Shown piece by piece: positions 56,339 through 64,000 of a stretch of DNA of 64,000 nt (the first letter of the stretch is position 1; each line of letters opens with the position of its first letter). Both the position numbers and the translations under genes were made by a program. The notes beneath the pieces are model-generated. The model had not been told where the DNA came from, ran no database searches, and saw only the letters and a program-made list of their open reading frames with translations. The stretch is from positions 28,585 through 92,584 of the forward strand of contig JACPHX010000006.1 in the NCBI GenBank assembly GCA_016188425.1. The letters are read 5' to 3'. Source of the DNA: Candidatus Uhrbacteria bacterium. Its GTDB lineage: Bacteria; Patescibacteriota; Patescibacteriia; UBA9934; GWF2-40-263.

Positions 56339-56572
56339 AAAATACCCATCCGAAAGGACGGGTATTTTTGTTTTACGCCATCACATTCAATAATCTTTCT
56401 CTCTTCCCATCGCCCTGCCTGGAACCGGGACGTTGCAGGCAACGTCCCTACATTCTTTCCAGTCCTTTCTCGTCATCTCTACTCCTTCCCAATCCTTTTC
56501 CCACATCCCTTTCTAGCCCTTCCCTCACCCCCTTCTCATCCTCCTCATTTTCCCCTACAATCCCCTTTGAAT

Positions 56573-57037
56573 ATGACCCTCACCACCCACGCCGTCATGG
56601 GAGCCGTTATCGGCCAGGCCGTCGGCCACCCCGTGTTAGGATTCACGCTGGCCTTCGCGACCCATCTGCTCATCGACATGATCCCGCATGGGGATTCGAA
56701 GATGGCAGAGAATTTCCATGTCCATAAAGTCAAACAAAAACAAGCGATCGCCTACGTCATGGTTGATGCGATCACGGCAATTTTTATCGTGCTCATCCTC
56801 GCAAATACCAAGGACGTAGAAAGTCTGCGCGCCTACACCTGGGGCATCGCGGGTGGCATCCTTCCCGATCTCATGGTCGGGGCAGCGGATATCTTCAAAA
56901 CTCCCTTCTTAGACAAGTTCCACAAATTTCATTTCTTCTTCCACAACTTCTTCACCAAGCGCTTCGGCGACGTGCCGCTCGCCCATGCCCTCTTGGCACA
57001 GATTGTTTTCATCGTGATCCTGCAGCGCGTCCTCTAA
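56573..57037 (+). CDS. Membrane-bound metal-dependent hydrolase, YdjM/DUF457-like
   Basis: MTLTTHAVMGAVIG...ATHLLIDMIPHGD motifs; 3-4 TM; preceded by a ~190-nt C/T-rich leader. Confidence 0.5.
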   Translation: MTLTTHAVMGAVIGQAVGHPVLGFTLAFATHLLIDMIPHGDSKMAENFHVHKVKQKQAIAYVMVDAITAIFIVLILANTKDVESLRAYTWGIAGGILPDLMVGAADIFKTPFLDKFHKFHFFFHNFFTKRFGDVPLAHALLAQIVFIVILQRVL

Positions 57038-57051
57038 GGGACACGCTTTTT

Positions 57052-58023
57052 TTATTGGGCATCCGACCACGCGTACGCATCAAACGACCACGCCGCGAGA
57101 GCTTCGGCATCAAAGAAACGGTCGTCTTTTCCCGGCGCGCCCAGGACGACCACGATAAGATCACCACCGTTCTCTTCTCTCACGGCCGCGGCGAGACAAT
57201 ACCCTGCCGTTGGAAGATATCCCGTTTTCCCAGAAAGGATCTGGTAGGGTTCCTCGTCCAAAAAACTACTGAAAAGCTCGTTGGTATTCGCAAGCTTGAT
57301 CGTCCTTCCTCGAGACGTCGTAAGCGTCAATTCCCGTTTGGTGACGAACTCCGTGATCTGGGGCTGCTCCATGGCGGCATTGAGAAGGAGAGCGACATCA
57401 AACGCCGACGAACGGTTCTCGGGAAGGATCCCGGAAGGATCAGCGAACGTCGTCTGGTCCATGTGGAGTTCTTGCGCTTTGGCGTTCATCTTCTCGATGA
57501 ACTGTTCGGGCGAAAGCCCGCTCGCGCGCGCCAAGGCCGCGGTCGCGGAATTATCCGACGCGATGAGGCTCGAAGCCAGCAGGTCGCGCACGCGTACCGG
57601 ATCGTTGGGAGGGATATGTTCCAATCCGCCGTAGATGACATCCTCTGAATAAATCTGATCCTGTCCCGCCAAATCCATGCCACTCTCAAGCGCCACCAGC
57701 GCGGTCATGAGCTTCGTAATACTGCCGATCGACCGCACGTCCCCCCCGCCTTTTTCATAGAGGACGGCCTGGGTGCGCCGATCCATCACCAGCACGCTGC
57801 GAGCCGCGGTTTCTATCCCCAAACGGGACGGATCGATTTTGAGAGGCGCGTGTTCTGGGAGACGCAACGCAAGGTCGCGTCCAAGACGCGTTTGAGTCTG
57901 AACGATACCAACAGGAACAAACATAGAGGCAGGCGGATGCTCGAGCGCCCGGCCGTCCATGGGGACAACGACAAAACTCAACGAGAGAAGCCACGTGTGG
58001 AAAAGGGAGGCGAAGGCATTCAT
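57052..58023 (-). CDS. D-alanyl-D-alanine carboxypeptidase (S11, PBP5/6-like)
   Basis: Signal anchor; SITKLMT (SxxK), SDNSAT (SxN), KTG-like motif in order. Confidence 0.75.
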   Translation of the reverse strand: MNAFASLFHTWLLSLSFVVVPMDGRALEHPPASMFVPVGIVQTQTRLGRDLALRLPEHAPLKIDPSRLGIETAARSVLVMDRRTQAVLYEKGGGDVRSIGSITKLMTALVALESGMDLAGQDQIYSEDVIYGGLEHIPPNDPVRVRDLLASSLIASDNSATAALARASGLSPEQFIEKMNAKAQELHMDQTTFADPSGILPENRSSAFDVALLLNAAMEQPQITEFVTKRELTLTTSRGRTIKLANTNELFSSFLDEEPYQILSGKTGYLPTAGYCLAAAVREENGGDLIVVVLGAPGKDDRFFDAEALAAWSFDAYAWSDAQ

Positions 58024-58595
58024 ACGGTTGGTTCCTCGTGTGCCCGTACCAGCATGTCGGTTATCTTTTTATGGTCATTGAAACGCGTGAAGTCGGGCAA
58101 TTCCTGGATAGAATGCAGGCCCATATGACGGAGAAAGTCTGCAGAAACGGAATAAACCGCCTGCAACTTCGTGGCATCATCACGTTCCTCGATGAGGCCC
58201 CGCATCAGAAGGTTCCGCAAAATGAGGGAGCAATTGACTCCACGGATCTCTTCAATTTCTGGCCGCGTCACCGGGCCCCGGTACGCGATGATCGTCAGCG
58301 TCTCAAGCGATGGCCGTGTCAGCTCCCCCGCCACTTCCTGCCGGAACGCATCTTGAAGAAACGCAGACGCCGCCGGATTCGTCACCAGCTGGACCTGGTC
58401 CTGCGTCTCCAGCACATGGATGCCCGACTCTGGTGCATTCATCGTCTTCGCCCAAGCCCCGACCTCTCCCCTCACCTCCCCCTCCTCCACCCCCAGCGCC
58501 CGCGCCAATGCCAAAAATCCCACCGGTTTTCCAGCGGCAAACAAATACGATTGTAGGTGCATCTTATTCATAGTGTTTGTCTTCTTCCCTCCCAT
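58020..58595 (-). CDS. scpB: Segregation and condensation protein B
   Basis: Tandem wHTH; ...TRPSLETLTIIAYRGPVTRPEIEEIRGVNCSLILRNLLMRGLIEE. Confidence 0.8.
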   Translation of the reverse strand: MGGKKTNTMNKMHLQSYLFAAGKPVGFLALARALGVEEGEVRGEVGAWAKTMNAPESGIHVLETQDQVQLVTNPAASAFLQDAFRQEVAGELTRPSLETLTIIAYRGPVTRPEIEEIRGVNCSLILRNLLMRGLIEERDDATKLQAVYSVSADFLRHMGLHSIQELPDFTRFNDHKKITDMLVRAHEEPTV

Positions 58596-58630
58596 TGCGC
58601 CCCTTGGACCCCCTGCGCCCCTTGCGCCCT
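58590..58630. repeat. GGGGCGCAAG-type short-tandem-repeat element, single arm (4 units)
   Basis: cccattgcgccccttggaccccctgcgccccttgcgccc between scpA stop and scpB start. Confidence 0.6.
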
Positions 58631-59333
58631 TAGTCTACCCTCTTTATCTCAATCTCCCCAAACGCTCCCGCTTGTACTGCCTGCACTGATCGAGAACGCA
58701 ATAGCTCCAAGAGAGCCAAGAAACTGACGACTACGTCAACTTTTCTCGACGCCCCTTTCACGACGTCCGAGAACAACATCCACGCCTTCCCCAAGATCGC
58801 TCCCCGCAGCGCCTCCATCCGTTCCTGTACCGTTGCCACCCGCGCAACCAGTCTCGTTTCCAGAGCAAAAAATGGTTCAAGCCGTTTGAGGATATCTTGG
58901 AAGCAAGAAGAGAGCTTGGAGGGATTCACGGAAGGAGGAGGGAAAAAACCGGAGAGCTTGGGGAGGGACATTCGGTCTCTGGCAAACATCGTCTGCGAGT
59001 GCGCGCCGAAGAGATTCTCGATATTCTTTGATGCCTCGATATACTGCTCATACAAACGCAGGCGTGCCGCGAGATCACCTTCTGGCTCATCTTCCATGAC
59101 GACAGACGGCATGAGCGCCCGCGCTTTTATGAGAAGGAGGGCGCAGGCCACCGTAAGAAAGTCTGCAATCTCCGTCGACGGGACTTCGTGAGCGTCCAGG
59201 TAACGCAGATACTCCTCTGTGACTTGGGAGAGGGAGACGTCGGTGATTGGCAGTCTGTTCTCACGGACAATCTCAAGCAAGAGGTGAAGGGGGCCGGAGA
59301 ATTGTTCGGTCGAAATTTCAAATGGCACAAGTG
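58630..59333 (-). CDS. scpA: Segregation and condensation protein A
   Basis: ...PFEISTEQFSGPLHLLLEIVRENRLPITDVSLSQVTEEYLRYL... ScpA N-terminus; probable GTG start ~59333. The ORF upstream extension is encoded by a repeat element. Confidence 0.7.
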
Positions 59334-59444
59334 AAGGGTTGAAAGGGCGGAAAGGCCTGAAAGGGCGGAAAGGTTCGATCAAAGCGAGACGACAGACCCG
59401 TTTCCTTTCCGCCGTCTCCGCCCTTTCAGGCCTTTCCGCCTTCG
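59332..59444. repeat. GAAAGG-type short-tandem-repeat element, near-perfect inverted pair (GCGGAAAGG 9-mers)
   Basis: gaagggttgaaagggcggaaaggcctgaaagggcggaaagg / tcctttccgccgtctccgccctttcaggcctttccgccttcgc around a 29-nt spacer; between aspS stop and scpA start. Confidence 0.7.
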
Positions 59445-59446
59445 CA

Positions 59447-60856
59447 TTAGTTCTCTTCCGGCTTGCGGACAAGGATATTCGCCTCCTTAAGCGATTTCTC
59501 CGAGAGGACGCTGGGCGCGTCCATGACGGCCGTGTGACCCGATCCCGTCATGGGGAATGCCTGCACTTCGCGCAGGTACGACTCGCCCGTGAGGTTCATG
59601 ATGTTGCGCTCAATGCCCAACCCAATGCCGCCATGCGGGGGCGCGCCGTACTTGAACGCCTCAAGCATGTGGCCGACCGATTCTTTCACTTCTTCCTGTG
59701 TGTACCCCATCGTCTTGTACGTAGCTCCCAACACGGCCGGATCATGGGCGCGAATGCTTCCCCCACCGCTCTCGTAGCCGTTGCAGACCAAGTCGTACTG
59801 GGTCGTAAGAATGTGCTCGATATTACGGCCCGCGAGATGGTCTTCCAGGAATTCTGGTTTTGGCTGGGAGAATGGGTTGTGCGTAAACGTCCAGCCACCC
59901 TCCTCTGTTTTCTCAAAGAAAGGAAAGTCAACAACCCAAGCGTAAGCGAGGACTCCTTTTTGCTTATCCTCCTCTGTGCGCAAGTCGAACTTATCGGCTC
60001 CGTACTTCGCCATCGATTCCTGGTACGTTACACGCGGGAATGGCTTTTGTTTGATTGTATACCCCATGGATTCGACGGTATGCGTGATCATCAATTCAAC
60101 CATGTGCATCACGTCCTCGCGCTCCACAAAACTCATCTCGATATCAATTTGTGTGTGCTCGAATCCGCGATCCGCACGCGGATCCTCGTCTCGGAAACAA
60201 CGCGCGGTCTGGAAATATCGTTCAACACCCGCGACCATCAATAGCTGTTTGTACTGCTGCGGGCTCTGCGGGAGTGCAAAGAACTTCCCTGGCTGCAGAC
60301 GCGAAGGAACGATAAAATCACGGGATCCTTCTGGCGTCGCTTTGGTGAGGTACGGCGTCTCGATTTCCGTGAAGCGATTTCCAAGAAGGAATTGGCGGCA
60401 GTTCTGGATAAACGTATTGCGCACCGTCAGGTTGCGGTACAGACGGTCGCTGCGTAAGTCGAGATATCGATGCTTGAGACGCAACTCTTCGTTGATGCCG
60501 CTTGTGTCCTTGTCGATCTCAAACGGCAGCGGTTCACATCGGTTCAAGATGACAACCCGTTTGGCCGCCAGCTCGATTGTTCCTGTCGGCTGGTCGGCGC
60601 GAACTTGCTTCGCGCCGCGCGTTTTTATTTCCCCCTCGATCTCCAGGACGTACTCCGTCTTAATTTCCCCCACCAGCGCCGCGATCTCTCCCGAGAGATC
60701 GGGTTTATAGCAGACAACCTGCAAGACGCCAGATGCATCCCGCAAATCGATAAACGCAAGTTTGTCCCCCATCACCCTCACCGTCCTCACCCATCCTTTG
60801 ACGATGACGTTCTTCCCCGTCATCGTCGGCGTCTCACTAATCCATGTTCGTTGCAT
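59447..60856 (-). CDS. aspS: Aspartyl-tRNA synthetase, bacterial-type motifs but short (no GAD insertion)
   Basis: OB-fold N-terminus, ALPQSPQQYKQLLMVAGVERYFQTARCFRDEDPRADRGFEHTQIDIEMSF motif 2, GGGSIRAHD..GLGIERN motif 3; ~470 aa. Confidence 0.85.
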   Translation of the reverse strand: MQRTWISETPTMTGKNVIVKGWVRTVRVMGDKLAFIDLRDASGVLQVVCYKPDLSGEIAALVGEIKTEYVLEIEGEIKTRGAKQVRADQPTGTIELAAKRVVILNRCEPLPFEIDKDTSGINEELRLKHRYLDLRSDRLYRNLTVRNTFIQNCRQFLLGNRFTEIETPYLTKATPEGSRDFIVPSRLQPGKFFALPQSPQQYKQLLMVAGVERYFQTARCFRDEDPRADRGFEHTQIDIEMSFVEREDVMHMVELMITHTVESMGYTIKQKPFPRVTYQESMAKYGADKFDLRTEEDKQKGVLAYAWVVDFPFFEKTEEGGWTFTHNPFSQPKPEFLEDHLAGRNIEHILTTQYDLVCNGYESGGGSIRAHDPAVLGATYKTMGYTQEEVKESVGHMLEAFKYGAPPHGGIGLGIERNIMNLTGESYLREVQAFPMTGSGHTAVMDAPSVLSEKSLKEANILVRKPEEN

Positions 60857-60882
60857 ATGTTGAAGCGCGTAGAGGGCGTGGC

Positions 60883-61011
60883 CTGTTCTGCCGGAGGATT
60901 GTTTATTCGTGTTCGAGCGTACGAGCCGAGCCCACATCTCTACGCAGGGCGACAGCGAGAAGCGAGTTAATAAACAATCCGGAGGCAGAACAGGCCACGC
61001 CCGTAGCTATG
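60883..61011 (-). ncRNA. Hairpin element family, copy 2 (opposite orientation): 34-bp inverted arms around a 61-nt core
   Basis: Arms gggcgtggcctgttctgccggaggattgtttatt / aataaacaatccggaggcagaacaggccacgccc. Core rc = AACTCGCTTCTCGC...GAGATGTG...GCTCGTACGCTCGAACACG, matching copy 1's conserved blocks. Lies in the asnS-aspS intergenic region, in the sense orientation of both genes. Confidence 0.5.
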
Positions 61012-62305
61012 GCGTAATTCGATTAATCAATCGTGGGAACGGAATCGTCTCGCGGATATGTTCGAGGCCGCAGATCCAAGCAGTGATGCGTTCCAAACCA
61101 TACCCGAAACCCGAGTGCGGGACCGATCCGTATTTGCGCAGATCCAAATACCAGTTGAACGGCTCGACCGGAAGGTTGTGCTCCTTGATCCGGGCGAGCA
61201 ACATATCGTAATCGTCCTCGCGTTGGCTTCCGCCGATAATTTCGCCGTAGCCCTCTGGAGCGAGCAGATCCGCATTCAGCACGCGCGTGGCGTCCTGCGG
61301 GTCGCGCTTCATGTAGAACGCTTTGACGACGGCTGGATACTTCTCCACAAATATGGGACGGTCGTAGAGCTTTGTGAGCATCGTCTCATCATCCGCACCC
61401 AGGTCATCGATATCTTTGATGTCGGATCCCATCCCGCGCAACTTCGCGACCGCTTCCGCGTGCGTCATGCGCACAAAAGGGGCCTGAACCTTCTCGAGCG
61501 CCTCGATGTTCCTCTCGAGAATCGCGAGTTCCTTCCGGTTCTGCGTGAGGACGTCTTTGACAATCCGGAGGATTAGTCCTTCCTGAATAGCAAGGTTCCC
61601 TTCGTGCTCAACAAATGCCGCCTCTGCATCCATCATCCAGAATTCCGTGAGATGGCGGCGGGTCTTGGATTTCTCGGCGCGGAAAACAGGACCGAAGTCG
61701 AAACAACGGCCGAGGCTCATGACCGCGGCTTCCAGATACAGCTGGCCGGATTGGGAGAGATACGCCTTCGTCCATTCAAAGTAGTCGATCTCAAAAAGCT
61801 CGGTCGTCCCTTCGCAGGCATTGGGTGTGAGGATCGGGGAGTCGATCTTGATGAAACCGATCTCGTTTAGGTACGCGAACGTCGCGTTGATGATCGTATT
61901 GCGTACGCGCTGTATCGCCCATTGCTTTTCGCTGCGCAACCACAAATGACGGTTGTCCAAGAGGAAATCGGGGCCATGCTCCTTCTTCCCAATCGGATAA
62001 TCGTCTGGAGCGAGTTGGATGACTCGCAGCGACATCCCGTCGAGCTCAAACCCGGAGGGCGAACGGCTGTCCTCTTTGACCTTGCCGGCCAAGACGACCG
62101 ATGACTCGATGCGGAGCGACTGGAGGGCATTCCACACCTCCTCCGAGGTACCTGCTTTGGAAAAGACCGCCTGGATACGCCCCGTGCCGTCACGGAATTG
62201 CAGGAAAAAAATCTTCCCGCTGGAGCGGAAATTGTAGACCCACCCCTTCAACTCAATTTCCTGGCCAACATGTTCCGACACCCTAGAAATAAAGGAGGAA
62301 ATCAT
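61007..62305 (-). CDS. asnS: Asparaginyl-tRNA synthetase
   Basis: FRAEKSKTRRHLTEFWMMDAE (AsnRS motif 2), GGSQRED, GFGYGLERI motif 3. Confidence 0.85.
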   Translation of the reverse strand: MISSFISRVSEHVGQEIELKGWVYNFRSSGKIFFLQFRDGTGRIQAVFSKAGTSEEVWNALQSLRIESSVVLAGKVKEDSRSPSGFELDGMSLRVIQLAPDDYPIGKKEHGPDFLLDNRHLWLRSEKQWAIQRVRNTIINATFAYLNEIGFIKIDSPILTPNACEGTTELFEIDYFEWTKAYLSQSGQLYLEAAVMSLGRCFDFGPVFRAEKSKTRRHLTEFWMMDAEAAFVEHEGNLAIQEGLILRIVKDVLTQNRKELAILERNIEALEKVQAPFVRMTHAEAVAKLRGMGSDIKDIDDLGADDETMLTKLYDRPIFVEKYPAVVKAFYMKRDPQDATRVLNADLLAPEGYGEIIGGSQREDDYDMLLARIKEHNLPVEPFNWYLDLRKYGSVPHSGFGYGLERITAWICGLEHIRETIPFPRLINRITP

Positions 62306-62350
62306 AGTGGAAGTAGTGTATCCAAGGGGGAATCGGTTGGCAAACCATGC

Positions 62351-63127
62351 TTAATCCTTGAGGCACGCCTCCCGCATCGAGTTGAGCGGCACGGTTGGGA
62401 AATGCGAGACGATTAATGATTCGACGGCCTCATGGAACTGTCCCAAGGACTCTCCAGGAAGATGCGGGCGCAGCTGGTTTTCGAATGTCTCTCCCAGAGC
62501 GAACCGGAGGAGTTTCGCGATGCGATCCTCCATTGGCCGGGCCGCAAACCAAGTCTCCTGGTCCGCGATGGAACAGGGATCGCAGACCACCCCACCTTTG
62601 AGCGCATGCCAACGAAAAGTCTTGGAAGCGATGGGGTCTTTGCATTGCAGACAGAAAAACAACTCGGGGCGGTAGCCGGACATCGCGAGGAGCTTGAGAG
62701 CGAAAGAAGCGAGAAGATATCCGCTCCGCTCGGCGGTGAGTGGCGGGGAGGCGTCGACGAAGATGAGGAACTTTTTGAGCTCGTAATACAAAACGGGATC
62801 CGGCTCCGCCTCGCGCGTGCCAATGTCGATAAGATGCAGGGCGCTTTGGGCCAGCACCGACCGGCGATGGTCCTGATACAAATTCGGGAACGTGTGCCAT
62901 CGCTCCACGCCCGCCAGCGTGTACATGCTGCGCCCCCGCACGATCATGAGATCGGCTTCGCAGACAAATTCCAAATGCGGCGACAGCTTGGCCAAGGGCT
63001 TGTTGCCGCCCCGGCCAACGACCTGTACCTTCCCTTCTTCCTTGGTGAGGATCGTGTACAAACGATCAACTTCCCTCCAATGTTTCTGACGAAGCGGAAT
63101 GCCCCGTGTCTGAAAGACGACTGACAT
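62351..63127 (-). CDS. recO: DNA repair protein RecO
   Basis: N-terminal OB fold; C-terminal CLQC...CDPC zinc finger. Confidence 0.8.
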   Translation of the reverse strand: MSVVFQTRGIPLRQKHWREVDRLYTILTKEEGKVQVVGRGGNKPLAKLSPHLEFVCEADLMIVRGRSMYTLAGVERWHTFPNLYQDHRRSVLAQSALHLIDIGTREAEPDPVLYYELKKFLIFVDASPPLTAERSGYLLASFALKLLAMSGYRPELFFCLQCKDPIASKTFRWHALKGGVVCDPCSIADQETWFAARPMEDRIAKLLRFALGETFENQLRPHLPGESLGQFHEAVESLIVSHFPTVPLNSMREACLKD

Positions 63128-63503
63128 AGGATTGAACCATAATCATGGCAGCCAGCGCATCCTCGTCCGCCTCCGCCCCCTCTTCCCGCTGGAGACGAAT
63201 GCTGTCCTTGGTGGTAAACGATTCGTCTTCCTCATCGACGGGGACGGAAACGACCTTTCGCAGCGCCTCGATGAACGCACGGGTCTTTTGAAGTTGTTCG
63301 GGGCCGAACCGTCCACCAGTCGGCAATGGGACACCGACGACGATCCGATCAATCTGTTCCGATTCGACCCGTCGCGCCAATGCCTTCAACGTGAATGCTC
63401 CGTCGTTTCTGATGACATCCAAAGGCAGCGCCACCTGGGAACCAAAATCCCCAAACGCAAGCCCTATTTTTTTATCTCCATAGTCGATGCCTAAAATCCT
63501 CAT
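63066..63503 (-). CDS. ruvX: Holliday-junction resolvase-like RuvX/YqgF
   Basis: MRILGIDYGDKKIGLAFGD... RNase H fold start; 62-nt overlap with recO. Confidence 0.8.
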   Translation of the reverse strand: MRILGIDYGDKKIGLAFGDFGSQVALPLDVIRNDGAFTLKALARRVESEQIDRIVVGVPLPTGGRFGPEQLQKTRAFIEALRKVVSVPVDEEDESFTTKDSIRLQREEGAEADEDALAAMIMVQSYVSRLSDTGHSASSETLEGS

Positions 63504-63509
63504 ACGTTT

Positions 63510-64000
63510 CTACACAGGCAACGGTGTCAAAATATCCGCCCCTTCTTGCGTCACCCCTACGGTCACTTCGAAATGCGCGCTTGGCTTCCCGTCCGCCATC
63601 GCCACCGTCCAGCCGTCATCGAGCGTGCTAACTTTGTGCGTCCCCATGCCAATCATCGGTTCGATCGCGAGACACATCCCAACTTCCATTTTAATATCCT
63701 CAAACTTCGCATCGTAATAATTCGGCACATGCGGGGCTTCATGGACCTTGTGGCCGACCCCGTGGCCGACGAGCGCCCGCACGATTCCGTATCCATGAGG
63801 TTTAATAACCGATTCGACTGCCTTCCCCACCTCCGCAATCGTCGCCCCCGCCTTCACGATGGCCACGGCCGCCAGCAGAGACTTCTTCGTCGCCTCCATC
63901 AGTTCCAAGCGGTCGTGGGAGACGCGGCCGACCGGTACTGTCGCGGCCATGTCCGTGCACAATCCTTTCAACCAAAGGCCGATGTCCAAACCAACAATGT
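63510..64000 (-). CDS. map: Methionine aminopeptidase type I, partial (N-terminus beyond window end)
   Basis: ...VGHGVGHKVHEAPHVPNYYD... MetAP metal-binding motifs; ORF open to the window edge. Confidence 0.8.
   Translation of the reverse strand, partial: IVGLDIGLWLKGLCTDMAATVPVGRVSHDRLELMEATKKSLLAAVAIVKAGATIAEVGKAVESVIKPHGYGIVRALVGHGVGHKVHEAPHVPNYYDAKFEDIKMEVGMCLAIEPMIGMGTHKVSTLDDGWTVAMADGKPSAHFEVTVGVTQEGADILTPLPV

Noticed and set aside
58420-58689. 89-aa plus-strand ORF (PPIAPLGPPAPLAPL...)
   Set aside because: Translation of the GGGGCGCAAG repeat between scpA and scpB; no independent support.
18799-59444. Repeat arrays considered as CRISPR
   Set aside because: Units are 7-10 nt, tandem and degenerate, with no 25-40-nt unique spacers and no cas genes; not CRISPR.
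59339-60244. 301-aa plus-strand ORF
   Set aside because: Antisense to aspS; begins inside the GAAAGG repeat element.

Overview
64 kb window, about 60% GC, from a bacterium with a compact housekeeping gene set. Gene order across the window: secreted Cys-rich lipoproteins and a beta-barrel-like outer-membrane candidate at 1-3.7 kb; a Wzz-like protein, a pseudo-HtrA and membrane proteins; smpB followed by tmRNA; infC-rpmI-rplT; two hypothetical membrane proteins; tRNA-Asp; pyk; htrA; nrdR; ftsZ-ftsA; dgkA-ybeY; then a ~16 kb minus-strand surface-protein locus (22.7-38.6 kb). Downstream are rpsU, hisS, lepB, tRNA-Val, an LCP-family protein, der, pth, dprA, an ABC exporter, a class-II Fic, topA, an RSH (p)ppGpp enzyme, parAB, a tRNA cluster (Met, Leu, fMet), a DacA-like peptidase, scpAB, aspS, asnS, recO, ruvX and a partial map. 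The surface-protein locus holds three TSP3-repeat membrane proteins, a 3485-aa giant protein, a 600-aa Ig-like protein and a YqeY fusion; the last three share a TrbC/VirB2-like pilin membrane module. This locus is the most interesting system in the window. No rRNA, CRISPR array, transposase or integrase gene was recognised. Other unusual signals: (i) a dispersed family of about 13 short-tandem-repeat elements (9-10-nt CAAGG/GAAGG-type units, often as inverted pairs), mostly just upstream of start codons and twice in-frame inside genes; (ii) two copies of a ~120-bp hairpin element with a conserved core and co-varying 30-35-bp arms; (iii) a perfect 65-bp tandem duplication that frameshifts rplT; (iv) duplicated 3'-end fragments of tRNA-Asp and tRNA-Met next to the intact genes; (v) a G-run/C-run 'NPPxKGGRGG' in-frame module inserted twice in ybeY and once in another gene. 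All calls are from reading the sequence and ORF translations; no database searches were run.
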